From Turneriella sp. (GTDB lineage: Bacteria; Spirochaetota; Leptospiria; Turneriellales; Turneriellaceae), in NCBI GenBank assembly GCA_965279515.1, contig CBDIID010000003.1:2112001-2176000 (forward strand): 64,000 nt of DNA, read 5' to 3'. Positions 31,401 through 40,370 of the stretch are shown in pieces. Below the pieces are notes generated by a model. The model saw nothing but the letters and a program-made list of their open reading frames with translations, was not told the DNA's origin and made no database searches. How positions within the stretch are numbered: the first letter of the stretch is position 1; every line of letters starts with the position of its first letter. Made by a program: the position numbers and the translations under genes.

Positions 31401-32294
31401 ATTTTAGAAACCACTAAAATGTTGCTGCGCATACTGGGCGAGGACATCCTGCTGGATTTCAAGCCGCTGGCGAAACCCATCTATGTACAGGCCGATGCCG
31501 GTATGCTCGATCAGGTATTGGTGAATCTCGCAGTGAACGCCCGCGACGCCATGCCTAAGGGCGGCCGGCTGACCATCGAAACTGCCATCAGCGAAGTGGA
31601 CGCCGACATGCTGCAACATTCCAACCAGCTTGTCTCAGGCGCCTTTGCCGTACTCTCTGTCAGCGATTCCGGTTGCGGCATACCTGCAGAGATCTTACCT
31701 AAAATTTTTGAACCTTTTTTTACCACCAAGGATGTCGGCAAAGGCACCGGGCTGGGTCTTGCAACGGCATTCGGCATCGTGCAGCAGCACTCCGGGTGGA
31801 TCAAGGTGTATAGCGAGGTCGGATACGGTACAACGTTTCGCGTCTACCTGCCTGTCGATCAGTCGGATGCCGGCGAGCTGCCGGAAAAAAGCCCCCTGAA
31901 ATCGTTGGCCAGGGGAAGCGAAACGCTGCTCGTTGTCGAAGACGAATCCGGCATTCGCACGTTACTTGAAAAATCCCTGTCGGCCCTGGGGTATGAGGTA
32001 TTGGTCGCAAAAACCGGCCCCGAAGCGCTCAAACTTTTCGCCGCGCGCAAAAAAGATATCAGCCTCGTGCTGACCGATATGGTGATGCCGGGTGGTATGA
32101 CGGGAACCGAACTCGGTGCGTTACTGCACAAAGAAAAACCATCCCTGCATCTGATTTATTCCAGTGGATACAGCGATGCCCATGTTTCGGGAAGCCTGAA
32201 TCTGACAGCCGGAGTCAATTTTCTCGCAAAACCGTATTCGACTGTGGGGCTCTCGGAAATTATCCGCAGGACATTAGATACAAAAACACAATGA
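28419..32294 (+). CDS. Soluble hybrid histidine kinase: 7 PAS/PAC, HisKA, HATPase, REC (CckA-like)
   Basis: Seven PAS units ending D.T.R/DIS.R, H-box GGIAHDFNNLL, NLAVNARDAMP, FEPFFTTK..GKGTGLGL, TDMVMPG. Start TTG 28419 follows GGAGG (ATG 28401 is an alternative). Confidence 0.93.
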   Translation: MNSQILKAEALQAAILNSSHFSSIATDAKGVIQVFNVGAEHMLGYRSEDVVDKMTPAELSDPQEIRARAGALSREFGTTITAGFEALIYKAAHGIEDIYELTKIRKDGSRFPAVVSVTALRDAQENIIGYLLIGTDNTAHKTAENALHASEALGEAIIASAMDAIISIDGDYNISVFNQAAEKMFGYSAAQVCGTGLERLMPLRFRAKHNDHIRDFARTKTTARSMGHLGKIYGLRANGEEFPMEVAISQMQLHGNRKFTAIIRDTTERIKTEMELAKTQARFQAFFDLDLIGMAISSPERRLLNANSQLCRILGYERDELMGLTWSQMTHADDLAADEAFFERMGREEIDAYSREKRFVRKDGKILHAKISVRCVRLPDGTIDYLLGLFEDISPRIEAELARYKEAERFAQVVENIGEVFWLTDLEKNQMIYLSPQYEKIWGRPVSSLYESLESWPATLHAEDRARVMEARKAQIEGTYNIEYRILRPDGEIRWVHDKAFPVRDENNKIYRIAGVVADITDRLQAEHDLKESEAGYRRLFEAAKDGILILNADTGEIQDVNPFLADLLGYSHADFIGKQLWQIGAFKDIPANKTNLAELQQNRYIRYENLPLRTIKGDHIFVEFVSNSYEVNGRQVIQCNIRDISERRKAATALRKSTDLLKAVVANAPLRIFWKDRDLNYLGCNLLFAQDAGETDLDQIIGKSDFEMSWKDQATAYRADDEAVLDSGKPKLAFEERQTKQDGSSLWLRTSKVPLRDENDHVIGILGIYEDITESKRAVDAVKESESRFRQLAETIQEIFFLTDPEMTQIFYVSPAYTTITGRSCESLYANPQNWLTGIHPDDMQRVLAAVAPGGKLVASDVDFRLKDLAGHEHAVRGRAFPILNAAGETYRFAGLIEDQTRQKHVELQLQQAQKMEAIGRLSGGIAHDFNNLLTVILGHASILETLDENREAQDSVAEIRKAGERAAGLTRQLLLFSRREKPHLIRININTAILETTKMLLRILGEDILLDFKPLAKPIYVQADAGMLDQVLVNLAVNARDAMPKGGRLTIETAISEVDADMLQHSNQLVSGAFAVLSVSDSGCGIPAEILPKIFEPFFTTKDVGKGTGLGLATAFGIVQQHSGWIKVYSEVGYGTTFRVYLPVDQSDAGELPEKSPLKSLARGSETLLVVEDESGIRTLLEKSLSALGYEVLVAKTGPEALKLFAARKKDISLVLTDMVMPGGMTGTELGALLHKEKPSLHLIYSSGYSDAHVSGSLNLTAGVNFLAKPYSTVGLSEIIRRTLDTKTQ

Positions 32295-33478
32295 ACGTAA
32301 CCGCCAAACGCGTCGTCATCATTGATGATGAACCCGCGATGTTAAAACTTCTGCACCACGTTTGCGAGGTTGCAGGGTACAGTATCGAGATGACGAGTTC
32401 ACCTGAAGACTTTCGCCGTCTGGTACTGAGCCGACCCGATTTTATCCTCATGGACCTGCTCATGCCGGGTGTCGACGGAGTCGAACTGTTTCGTTATCTC
32501 GCGGAGAACCAGATACGCGCCGGCATTGTGCTCATCAGCGGCACCGACGCGCGTGTTGTGCAAAGCGCCGCACGCCTGGCAGCGGCGCAGGGCCTGAATA
32601 TACAGGGCACGCTGGGGAAGCCATTTGAAATAGCAGAACTGCAAAAGATTCTCGCGCGTGGCTCCGAGAACCTCCCTGAGAGAGAGCATGCGGAGGGTGA
32701 CGCGGTGCATCCCTCTGACCTTGCTGCCGCAATTAAAGAAGGCACGCTGACCGCCTACTTTCAACCGCAGGTAGACCTCATGAGCAACCGCGTGATTGGT
32801 TGCGAAGCCCTGGTGCGCTGGAATCACTCCGAATGGGGTTTGGTTTTTCCCGATCGCTTCATTCCCGTCGCCGAGCAAGCCGGCCTTATGCCGGCACTCA
32901 CCGACTGCGTGGCAGGGCAGGCGCTGAGGGAATCCGCTGCACTTGCAAAGCTGGGCATAAAGATTCAGTGTTCGATCAACGTTTCGGCCATCTCCCTCGC
33001 CGAAATTCAATTTCCGGATCGCCTGATTAAACTGGCGGAGCAAGAGCGGGTCGCCCCCGAAGCTATTGTTGTCGAGGTCACCGAAAGCCAGCTGTTCGAA
33101 GACTCCGTAAACACGATCGACGTACTGACGCGGTTGCGCATGAAAGGGTTCGAGCTGTCGATCGACGATTTTGGCACAGGCTATTCGACCCTGCGGCAGC
33201 TGCAGCTCATTCCATTCAACGAACTTAAGATCGACAAACAATTCGTCATGAACTGCGAGACCAACCGCGAATCGGAAAGTATCGTGCGCACATCGATTGA
33301 GCTGGGCCAGCGCCTGGGTCTGCGCACAGTCGCCGAAGGCGTTGAGTCGCTGCGTATTGCCGAGCTGCTGAGGGGCTGGGGATGTACCGTCGGCCAGGGT
33401 TATGCCTACTCAAAAGCCCTGCCCTCGCCTGCTTTTCTCACGTGGCTACAGAATCGCGAAAACAGAGGATTACGCTAA
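32291..33478 (+). CDS. REC-EAL response regulator / c-di-GMP phosphodiesterase
   Basis: IIDDE, MDLLMP, KPF; QPQV, EALVRW, EVTES, DDFGTGYS, LKID, AEGVE, QGY. ATGA overlap with the kinase. Confidence 0.95.
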   Translation: MNVTAKRVVIIDDEPAMLKLLHHVCEVAGYSIEMTSSPEDFRRLVLSRPDFILMDLLMPGVDGVELFRYLAENQIRAGIVLISGTDARVVQSAARLAAAQGLNIQGTLGKPFEIAELQKILARGSENLPEREHAEGDAVHPSDLAAAIKEGTLTAYFQPQVDLMSNRVIGCEALVRWNHSEWGLVFPDRFIPVAEQAGLMPALTDCVAGQALRESAALAKLGIKIQCSINVSAISLAEIQFPDRLIKLAEQERVAPEAIVVEVTESQLFEDSVNTIDVLTRLRMKGFELSIDDFGTGYSTLRQLQLIPFNELKIDKQFVMNCETNRESESIVRTSIELGQRLGLRTVAEGVESLRIAELLRGWGCTVGQGYAYSKALPSPAFLTWLQNRENRGLR

Positions 33479-33577
33479 GCCTAATCGATGCAAATATTAA
33501 CACCCTATACAAACATTTGAACCATTTTTAAATTTTGCTTTACGAAAGGCTCTTCGGACAGGCAACCGGTTTTACCT

Positions 33578-35227
33578 GTGCAATCTATGCTGATCATGAG
33601 GCCGCCCCGCCACGGGAAACTATTCTGCTTATTAGCCCTTGCCTGCCAGTGTTCAGGCTTCGGCAGCATTTCAATCGGCGGCAAAGGACCCGGTGGGGCA
33701 AACCCTAATGGGACAAGCGGTGACAATTCAACAGACCTGGCCGCCACGCTACCGCAGTTTAGTTATTTCTCTTTCACGACGACCTCAACGCAGGGCACGA
33801 TTTCAGGCAATAACATCTCAGTCAAGGTGCCCGCGGCAACAAACCTGACGAATCTGGTCGCAAACTTCAGAACGATGGACGCCACGGTGCGCGTCGGTGC
33901 GGCGAATCAGACGACGCGTGTCACGGTAAATAATTTCAGCAGCCCTTTGGTGTATACGCTACAGGCAACAAACGGTACGACCCGTGATTACATAGTCACC
34001 GTCACGCCCACCAGTAGCGATGTTTTTGCGCCGACGATTTCGTCGGTCACAGCGACGCCTGCGTCGGTGAGCACGTTTCCTGCGACAGTGACGATTCGAA
34101 TCAATTACGATGAAATCGGTTCAGGCTATTGGCTGAGCTCCATATACTTATGCAACACCACGACGGGTAAGCGTCTCGATTCTTCTTCCGTGACGAATAT
34201 GGGCACGTATGTGCAGGCAACCGTGACGCTGCAGAGTTACCACGCTTCAGGAACCTGGCGCGTATGCAGTATTTCCCTGTACGATCTCGCCGGCAACGTC
34301 GGTCACTACGATATTTATAGCAGTACGAGTTCAGTAAACTACGCGGTTGGAGATCCCAGCATGGACTCGAGCGTACCGGTTGGCGGCATCGTTTCCGTAA
34401 CTGGCACAACGCCCGATGATACCGCACCGGCAATCACCTCTGTTACCGCGACACCTTCATCTGTGAACATATTTCCTGCCACAGTGACCATACGTATGTA
34501 TTACACCGAAACTGGCTCGGGATATGCAGGGGGATTGTTCAGCCTATGTAGTCCAACGCGGATTCTCGGCACAAGCAGCGGATCGACGATGAGCTCTTCC
34601 AATCAGACGAATGCGGGTACCTATTTTCAAGGAACCGTGACGTTACAGAATTACCATGAAGCAGGCACATGGAAGGTTTGCGATATTTATATCCGCGATA
34701 CCGCAGGCAACAGTAATAGCTATTACCTGCGACCGACGTTTAGTTCGGTCAACTACGCCCTGGGCTTTACGGACACTGACTCCGGCGTACCAATCGGTGG
34801 TGCCGTGAGTGTCTCTGGCACAACACAGGACGTCACCGGGCCCGTCGTGACATCGGTGACGGCAACGCCTTCTGCGCCGGGCACCTACCCCGCCACGGTC
34901 ACGTTGCGCGTCTATTACACGGAGACCGGTTCGGGATATGCGTCTGGCTCGATGACGTTCTGCAGCCCAACGAAACTTGCGAACGGCAGCGGCGGCGCCG
35001 TTTTATATGCATCAGGCATCAGCAATGCGGGCGCCTATATGCAGGGCACGGTTATACTGCAGAGCTATCACGAGGCCGGGACCTGGAAAGTTTGCTATCT
35101 CAGTATCAGCGACGCCGCGGGTAACTTGACATCGCTTTCGACGTACGCCCCGATTAGCACGGCGTATTATCTGAATTCGTCAATCACCACAGACATTCCG
35201 ATCGGCGGCGCCGTGGTGAAGAATTAG
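33578..35227 (+). CDS. Lipoprotein with DUF5018-like Ig domain and three ~135-aa tandem repeats
   Basis: Hydrophobic signal ending LALACQC; V.VP..T.LT.LVA.F...NNFS.PL.YT..A.NGTTR.Y.V.V; three D..AP.I.SVTATP...GTW.VC.....D.AGN repeats. True start may be 33587 or 33596. Confidence 0.8.
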   Translation: MQSMLIMRPPRHGKLFCLLALACQCSGFGSISIGGKGPGGANPNGTSGDNSTDLAATLPQFSYFSFTTTSTQGTISGNNISVKVPAATNLTNLVANFRTMDATVRVGAANQTTRVTVNNFSSPLVYTLQATNGTTRDYIVTVTPTSSDVFAPTISSVTATPASVSTFPATVTIRINYDEIGSGYWLSSIYLCNTTTGKRLDSSSVTNMGTYVQATVTLQSYHASGTWRVCSISLYDLAGNVGHYDIYSSTSSVNYAVGDPSMDSSVPVGGIVSVTGTTPDDTAPAITSVTATPSSVNIFPATVTIRMYYTETGSGYAGGLFSLCSPTRILGTSSGSTMSSSNQTNAGTYFQGTVTLQNYHEAGTWKVCDIYIRDTAGNSNSYYLRPTFSSVNYALGFTDTDSGVPIGGAVSVSGTTQDVTGPVVTSVTATPSAPGTYPATVTLRVYYTETGSGYASGSMTFCSPTKLANGSGGAVLYASGISNAGAYMQGTVILQSYHEAGTWKVCYLSISDAAGNLTSLSTYAPISTAYYLNSSITTDIPIGGAVVKN

Positions 35228-35236
35228 CAGGGATAT

Positions 35237-35701
35237 ATGGTTAAACAGGTATTGATCATTATCCCACTCTTGATCGTATCTGCCTGCGCACAGGAGGATG
35301 AGGCCATCAAGGAACGAAACCAGGTTTGCACTCTTATCGGCTGTTCATCGATCATTCGCATCAATTTCACGACCCCAAGAACTCAGGACTTCCGTGTCAC
35401 CCTTGAAAAACAAGGCGCTGCTGCCCTGGGCGGAGAATGCACATACAACGTGGCCCGGGCCCGCTTCGAACTGGCCGACAGCCCGACCTCACGCGCTGCG
35501 GCATGCACCGCTTCGCAGATTGTCGTGTTTGCAAACGGTTTCGACAGAGAAAGTGCCGTCACCTTGGAGGTCTTCGATGCGCTGAACGTCTCTCTCGAGC
35601 GCAAGCAATATGCCCTGGTTTGGGGAGAGCCCTCTTATCCCAACGGAAAAAACTGCGGCGGCGCCTGTTACGCGGCAGACATCACGACGGCGGCGCCGTG
35701 A
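35237..35701 (+). CDS. Small Cys-containing lipoprotein
   Basis: Lipobox LIVSA-C; CTLIGC and PNG.NCGGAC motifs; follows the previous gene by 9 nt. Confidence 0.75.
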   Translation: MVKQVLIIIPLLIVSACAQEDEAIKERNQVCTLIGCSSIIRINFTTPRTQDFRVTLEKQGAAALGGECTYNVARARFELADSPTSRAAACTASQIVVFANGFDRESAVTLEVFDALNVSLERKQYALVWGEPSYPNGKNCGGACYAADITTAAP

Positions 35702-35807
35702 GGGACGGCTATTTGGGAGCGGCGCGAATGCGGGGCTTGTCAAAATCCCCAGGTTAGATGGACATATTCAGATAATGGACGTTATGTAAAATTGCAAAGG
35801 AGTTAAT

Positions 35808-36454
35808 GTGCTTAAGCTATTTGAACGAAAATTAATTTTTCTAATCCTACTGAGTCCGTTGTTCGCGGATGAGATGGTTATTACCAAAGACGGTAAAGAG
35901 GTCATACTCAAGCCTGATAAGACATGGGAATTTAAGAAAACCCTTAAGCCCACTGAACCCGCAACAAAGACTCAAAACGCGCCCTTGAAAGAGTACTTTA
36001 AGAGTCCCGAGGCCGTCAGCGAACTAAAAGCTTCAAAGATGAATTTTAGCATATGGTATAATCCGGCGCGTGTAAAGCAAACAGAATTTAAGTCTAATCC
36101 CAACATAAAATACGCTTTTGCGCTAAAAGAGAATTTTGGTTTCGCGATGGTCATTCCTGAGCCCCTGACCATGACACCAGAAATGATGACACAAATCGCG
36201 CTGGAGTCAGCGCAAAAAGTTGACCCAGACGCAAAATTAGAAAATCTGGAATATCGAATTATTAACAAGAAAAAGATACTACATCTAACATATAACGCTA
36301 AGGTCCATAAAAATGACTTTGTCTACCATTCATATATATATATACGGGAGAAAATCTCACAATTCAATTCATCGTCTATACAACGAAAGCCAAATTTCCG
36401 GAAGCCGAATCTGAGCTTTTTGAATTGTTAAACGGCTTAGAAATATCTCCCTGA
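35808..36454 (+). pseudogene. Exported hypothetical protein (DUF3157-like N-terminus) frameshifted in a (TA)6 tract
   Basis: AAGGAG RBS and GTG start. As sequenced the frame ends at 36431; removing one TA from 36333-36344 gives SYIYTGENLTIQFIVYTTKAKFPEAESELFELLNGLEISP* ending 36454. Confidence 0.65.
36333..36344. repeat. (TA)6 microsatellite inside a CDS
   Basis: Sequence ca-TATATATATATA-cggg. Confidence 0.9.
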
Positions 36455-36493
36455 GTTATAACTTGACACAACAAAAATTACCTACTGCAGCGC

Positions 36494-36608
36494 CGTAGTT
36501 CCTCTAAGGACGAAGACTCGCCGCGCGTGCTCGGCCCTACGCGGCAAAGATAGCGGACGATACGCACACCGGCAGATATCTTTTCGCGGGTCGCCGTGAG
36601 CCACTACG
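36494..36608. other. GC-rich nested stem-loop element between convergent genes
   Basis: Pairings CGTAGT/ACTACG, GACTCG/CGGGTC, CCGCG/CGCGG, AAAGATA/TATCTTT. Confidence 0.4.
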
Positions 36609-36623
36609 ACCACACTTAAAAAA

Positions 36624-37259
36624 CTAGTGAAGCATCCGGAACTTGTTGCGATCGACGGCGAGTTTGCCCTCGCGGACCAGCGACTTGAGTGAGCGGCTGA
36701 TGGTCTCCGGGCTTGTATTCAGCGTTGCGGCAAGTTGTTTCTTCTTAAAAGGCAATTGCACCCAGTTTTCTTCGGCGCCGATTTTTTTCAGGAAATCCAA
36801 CAGTCGGTCTGGTACGCTCTTGAGCGACAGCGATGCGGTCTGATCAATCAATTCCTTCAGGGTCGCGCAGTAGTGCTGATTTAAGAGATATAAAAGTTCT
36901 GGCTGGTGGTGCATCAGCCTGTGGAGCCGGTCCTGGTCCCAGCAACTGACCCGGCCATCGGTGAGGGCAATCAAGTTGGCAACGTAGTGTTTCTTCGGTT
37001 CTTTGTCAAAGAGCGGCGGCAAGCCCGCGACTTCACCAGGGATATAAATTTTCAGGACACCCTCGTCGCCCAGGGCGTCTTTTCGGTACCATTTAAAGCT
37101 ACCCTGCAACACCAGAAAAATGCCGCGATAGGGATCGCCTTCGCGGAAAACACTATCGCCCCGTTTGTATTTTTCACCAACACCGTAGCGGGTAAAGAGG
37201 TCGGTCAGTAATTTTTGCTCTTTGCCGGGCTCGATAGTGATTTGCATAGGCGAATGCAT
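36624..37259 (-). CDS. Crp/Fnr family transcriptional regulator
   Basis: cNMP-like domain (VFREGD, PGEVAG) and HTH (LP..K.QLA..L.TSPETISR.L). Start 37259 or 37247. Confidence 0.92.
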   Translation of the reverse strand: MHSPMQITIEPGKEQKLLTDLFTRYGVGEKYKRGDSVFREGDPYRGIFLVLQGSFKWYRKDALGDEGVLKIYIPGEVAGLPPLFDKEPKKHYVANLIALTDGRVSCWDQDRLHRLMHHQPELLYLLNQHYCATLKELIDQTASLSLKSVPDRLLDFLKKIGAEENWVQLPFKKKQLAATLNTSPETISRSLKSLVREGKLAVDRNKFRMLH

Positions 37260-37361
37260 GCCTGACAGCTTATGGTGATTGTTGCGGCCTGCAAAGCAGA
37301 TTCCGGTAAGAGTGAGAGGCAGGCACATAATTGCCTGCCATTCCTTTCGCCCAATGAATAT

Positions 37362-37676
37362 TTATTTCTTTTGGAAATACATAACGCAACTATAGTAGGT
37401 CCTTCCTGAGTGTTTGTATTGTTGTGTCGCACCTGTTCCTGTAGTACGTCCCGAGGATTTGTACTCCTGATTGCATTCAGCCGTTTGTGTTTCGGTCACT
37501 GGCCCAGCTAAAATGTCTTCCGCCTTTTGCGTCGCATTCAGCCTGGCTTCGAAATCTGTAGGTCCGACACCCTGAATTACGGCAGTTGTATCCGTTTGCT
37601 GTATCACCCTGGAAGTCGCGCACTGCGACAGCACCAAGACTGTAAGCGCCCCGCTCATTTTCAAAAATCTTTTCAT
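37362..37676 (-). CDS. Small lipoprotein, unknown function
   Basis: AGAGGAG RBS; MKRFLKMSGALTVLVLSQ-C. Confidence 0.75.
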   Translation of the reverse strand: MKRFLKMSGALTVLVLSQCATSRVIQQTDTTAVIQGVGPTDFEARLNATQKAEDILAGPVTETQTAECNQEYKSSGRTTGTGATQQYKHSGRTYYSCVMYFQKK

Positions 37677-37834
37677 CGTATTTTCTCCTCTACTAAACTG
37701 ATAATCCGGCAGGAAATCCCTCTTGCGAATCCGGAAAATTTCTGCCTTCAATACCTTCAAACACGGGAATTCTTTGTTTTTATATGCATTTTTTTCCCTG
37801 GCTAACGCCGTCGTGAGAAAAAATCTGCAGAAGC

Positions 37835-38734
37835 TTAAGCCGTTTCGCGGAGGGCTTTGCGTGCCATTTTGATGCGGGTATAGACGTAAAACGCCAGGGT
37901 ATCGACGTCTTCACCGGAAATCATGCGGGGATCATCCGGATCGAAAAACAAACCCACACGACCGGTTTCTTCGTTTTTCCATACGATAACTGCCGCAGTA
38001 ATCTTCACACTTCCCCTGGGCAGGTATACCTGCAGACGAACCACTTCTCTGAGATCGAGAGGCGCCGTGGTTTCGCTATTGAGAATCACCGAAAGGCCGC
38101 CCAGGCCAATATCTGCAATCGAGCCGTGAATCGGCGGATGGCTCTCTGCGCGCCGCGTGAACTCCATGCGTACGCGCAGGTCGCTGTCAGGAAAAATACG
38201 GACATAATTCCTGCGCAAGCTGGCAATTTCAGGCACAAATACGGGAATCAGTTTTCGCAGAAAATCCAGGGAGAATTTTGCATCCGAAAGATTTTTCTGC
38301 ACAAGGAAAATGTTGCGCTCGGTGAAGATTTCTTTCAACGAGGCATCGATGTATCCGGTATGCAAGAGCACGCGATCCAGGGGCAATCCGGCGAGCGCAA
38401 GAGCCAGCAGGCGACACTCCTTAAGGATTTGCTCCATGCTGCGGGCGCCGGACAAATTGAGAAACTGATCGAGGTTTATTACTGCAAACGAGCGCCCTAT
38501 GGTTGCCGTTGAGAAAAAGAACGCAAGTTTTTCGGGGAGCTCTCCCTTGCGCGGATGTTCACTCGTCAGTACGGCATTGGTGACGAGCAGGTTCATGTGC
38601 AGACTTTCCCCAAGACTTGCAGGAATATAAAACCATGCAATGCGTACAGAGTTAGCCATTTGCTCTGCAAGGATGCGCGCGTTCATGGTATCGGCGTATC
38701 TGCGTTCGGATAATACGTCCATATCGGCCTGCAT
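37835..38734 (-). CDS. PilZ-domain protein (c-di-GMP receptor candidate)
   Basis: RRNYVR (RxxxR) followed by DIGLGG, VW and VGLFF. Start chosen as ATG 38734, just after the upstream stop. Confidence 0.75.
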   Translation of the reverse strand: MQADMDVLSERRYADTMNARILAEQMANSVRIAWFYIPASLGESLHMNLLVTNAVLTSEHPRKGELPEKLAFFFSTATIGRSFAVINLDQFLNLSGARSMEQILKECRLLALALAGLPLDRVLLHTGYIDASLKEIFTERNIFLVQKNLSDAKFSLDFLRKLIPVFVPEIASLRRNYVRIFPDSDLRVRMEFTRRAESHPPIHGSIADIGLGGLSVILNSETTAPLDLREVVRLQVYLPRGSVKITAAVIVWKNEETGRVGLFFDPDDPRMISGEDVDTLAFYVYTRIKMARKALRETA

Positions 38735-38747
38735 CCTGGTAATCACT

Positions 38748-40370
38748 TTATCTTGCGGAAAATATGTACGCGGCGCCTGTGTTCGGAGCGGAATTATCCG
38801 CACTGGCTTCCCAGGAGTTGGTAATTTGAGTTTCAGCGGCAGCTTCGAGTGAAGCGCCAGCAATAATTGTCCGGTTGCTCACCGCAACGGAAACACCGAA
38901 AACATCTCCGCTGTCAGCATTCGATGCCTTTAAGTATGCTCGTTGTGCCCAAAACTGACCCGATCGTGAAAAAACGTAAGCGGCCCCCGAGCTTGCGAGA
39001 GTGTTGTCGGAACTCGCAAGACTGCCCGGACTTACGGTGCGTTGGCTGGAATCTTCAAGGCGTGCCCCAACAACAACGATATCTCCACTAATGGATACCG
39101 AAAAGCCAAAACTATCGCCGACATCCGCATTTGAGGCTTTGAGGCATGCCTGCTGTGACCATAAGCCCCCCGACCGGGTAAAAATATATGCTGCTCCCGC
39201 ATCGCTCATGGCATTATTCGTATTCGCAAATGTACCGTTTTGTACGGAACGTTCATCGCTGTCCTCCGACATCGCTCCGACGACGATCGTATCGCCGCTG
39301 ATGGAAACAGCCTGTCCGAATGCATCGGTAGGACCGGAATTCGATGCCTTGAGATATGCCTGTTGTGTCCAGGTACCCGCTGAACGCTGGAAAACATAAG
39401 CCGCCCCGGAATTTGAACTGCTATTATCCGTGCTGGCAGCCGCCGTGTTTAGAACGGTATTCTGAGCGCTGTCTTCGAGATCTGCGCCGACGACCAATGT
39501 GTCAGCATCGAGCGCCACGGCGCGGCCAAAACGATCGCCTGTATCCGCATTCGATGCCTTAATATATGCGCTCTGCTGCCAGGCAGAACCGGTGCGCTGG
39601 AATATGTATACCGCGCCCGAATCTGCGGCTCCGTTGTCGAAACTAATCGTCCCGTTGTTGACGATCGTATTCTGCGCGCTGTCCTCATACGCCGCGCCGA
39701 CCGCAATCGTGTTTTGACTGACTGCGACAGAAGCGCCGAAGCCATCTGCGGGTTCGGCATTGGATGCTTTGAGATAAGCTTCGAGCGACCAGGTATCACC
39801 ATTGCGCACAAATACATAAGCGGCACCGGAATCTGTCGCGGCATTATCGCCGGCAATCGTCGAACCATTCGTTACAAAATTCTGGCTGCTGTCTTCTGAA
39901 ACAGCACCGACAACGATGGTGTCTCCATCGATCGCTAGCGATGCGCCGAAACTGTCACTGGCATCCGGGTTTGCGGGTTTAAGATACGCCTGCTGCACCC
40001 AGCTTGTCCCTGACCTGGCAAATACATAGACAGCCCCCGCACCCGTTAATGAGTTATCGCTGCTGGCGGCCCCCCCATTCACAATGTTTGGACTTCCCGA
40101 CGCTTCGGTAACGGCCGCAATCGCAACTGTGTCACCGCTGATCGCAACGGGATTTCCGAACCGGTCGTCGGCCTCGCCATTTGATGCCTTGAGGTAGGCC
40201 TGCTGCACCCACTCAAGGTCGCGGGCTGCAGACATTCCGGCTTCTGTTTCCCAAAAGCGGCCAAAACCATGGCAGCGCACTAACACAATCAGCAGGCATA
40301 GGGATAAATTCGGATGCAACGGATAAAATCTATGTTTTTTCCGTTTGCGACGCATGCGCGCGAATCTCAC
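38748..40370 (-). CDS. FG-GAP repeat (integrin-alpha-like beta-propeller) lipoprotein
   Basis: About seven repeats of W.QQAYLKASN...D.FG.SVA.SGDT.VVGA..EDS...SGAAYVF; basic N-terminus and hydrophobic stretch ending LVR-C. Confidence 0.9.
   Translation of the reverse strand: MRFARMRRKRKKHRFYPLHPNLSLCLLIVLVRCHGFGRFWETEAGMSAARDLEWVQQAYLKASNGEADDRFGNPVAISGDTVAIAAVTEASGSPNIVNGGAASSDNSLTGAGAVYVFARSGTSWVQQAYLKPANPDASDSFGASLAIDGDTIVVGAVSEDSSQNFVTNGSTIAGDNAATDSGAAYVFVRNGDTWSLEAYLKASNAEPADGFGASVAVSQNTIAVGAAYEDSAQNTIVNNGTISFDNGAADSGAVYIFQRTGSAWQQSAYIKASNADTGDRFGRAVALDADTLVVGADLEDSAQNTVLNTAAASTDNSSSNSGAAYVFQRSAGTWTQQAYLKASNSGPTDAFGQAVSISGDTIVVGAMSEDSDERSVQNGTFANTNNAMSDAGAAYIFTRSGGLWSQQACLKASNADVGDSFGFSVSISGDIVVVGARLEDSSQRTVSPGSLASSDNTLASSGAAYVFSRSGQFWAQRAYLKASNADSGDVFGVSVAVSNRTIIAGASLEAAAETQITNSWEASADNSAPNTGAAYIFSAR

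Noticed and set aside
35750..36620. A bona fide integron
   Set aside because: No integrase, the two core-like sites are not complementary, and there is no closing R' site; kept only as a weak hypothesis.
38748..40370. CRISPR-like periodic repeats (gcattcgatgcctt-type recurrences)
   Set aside because: These are coding FG-GAP repeats (AYLKASN), degenerate and about 200 nt apart.
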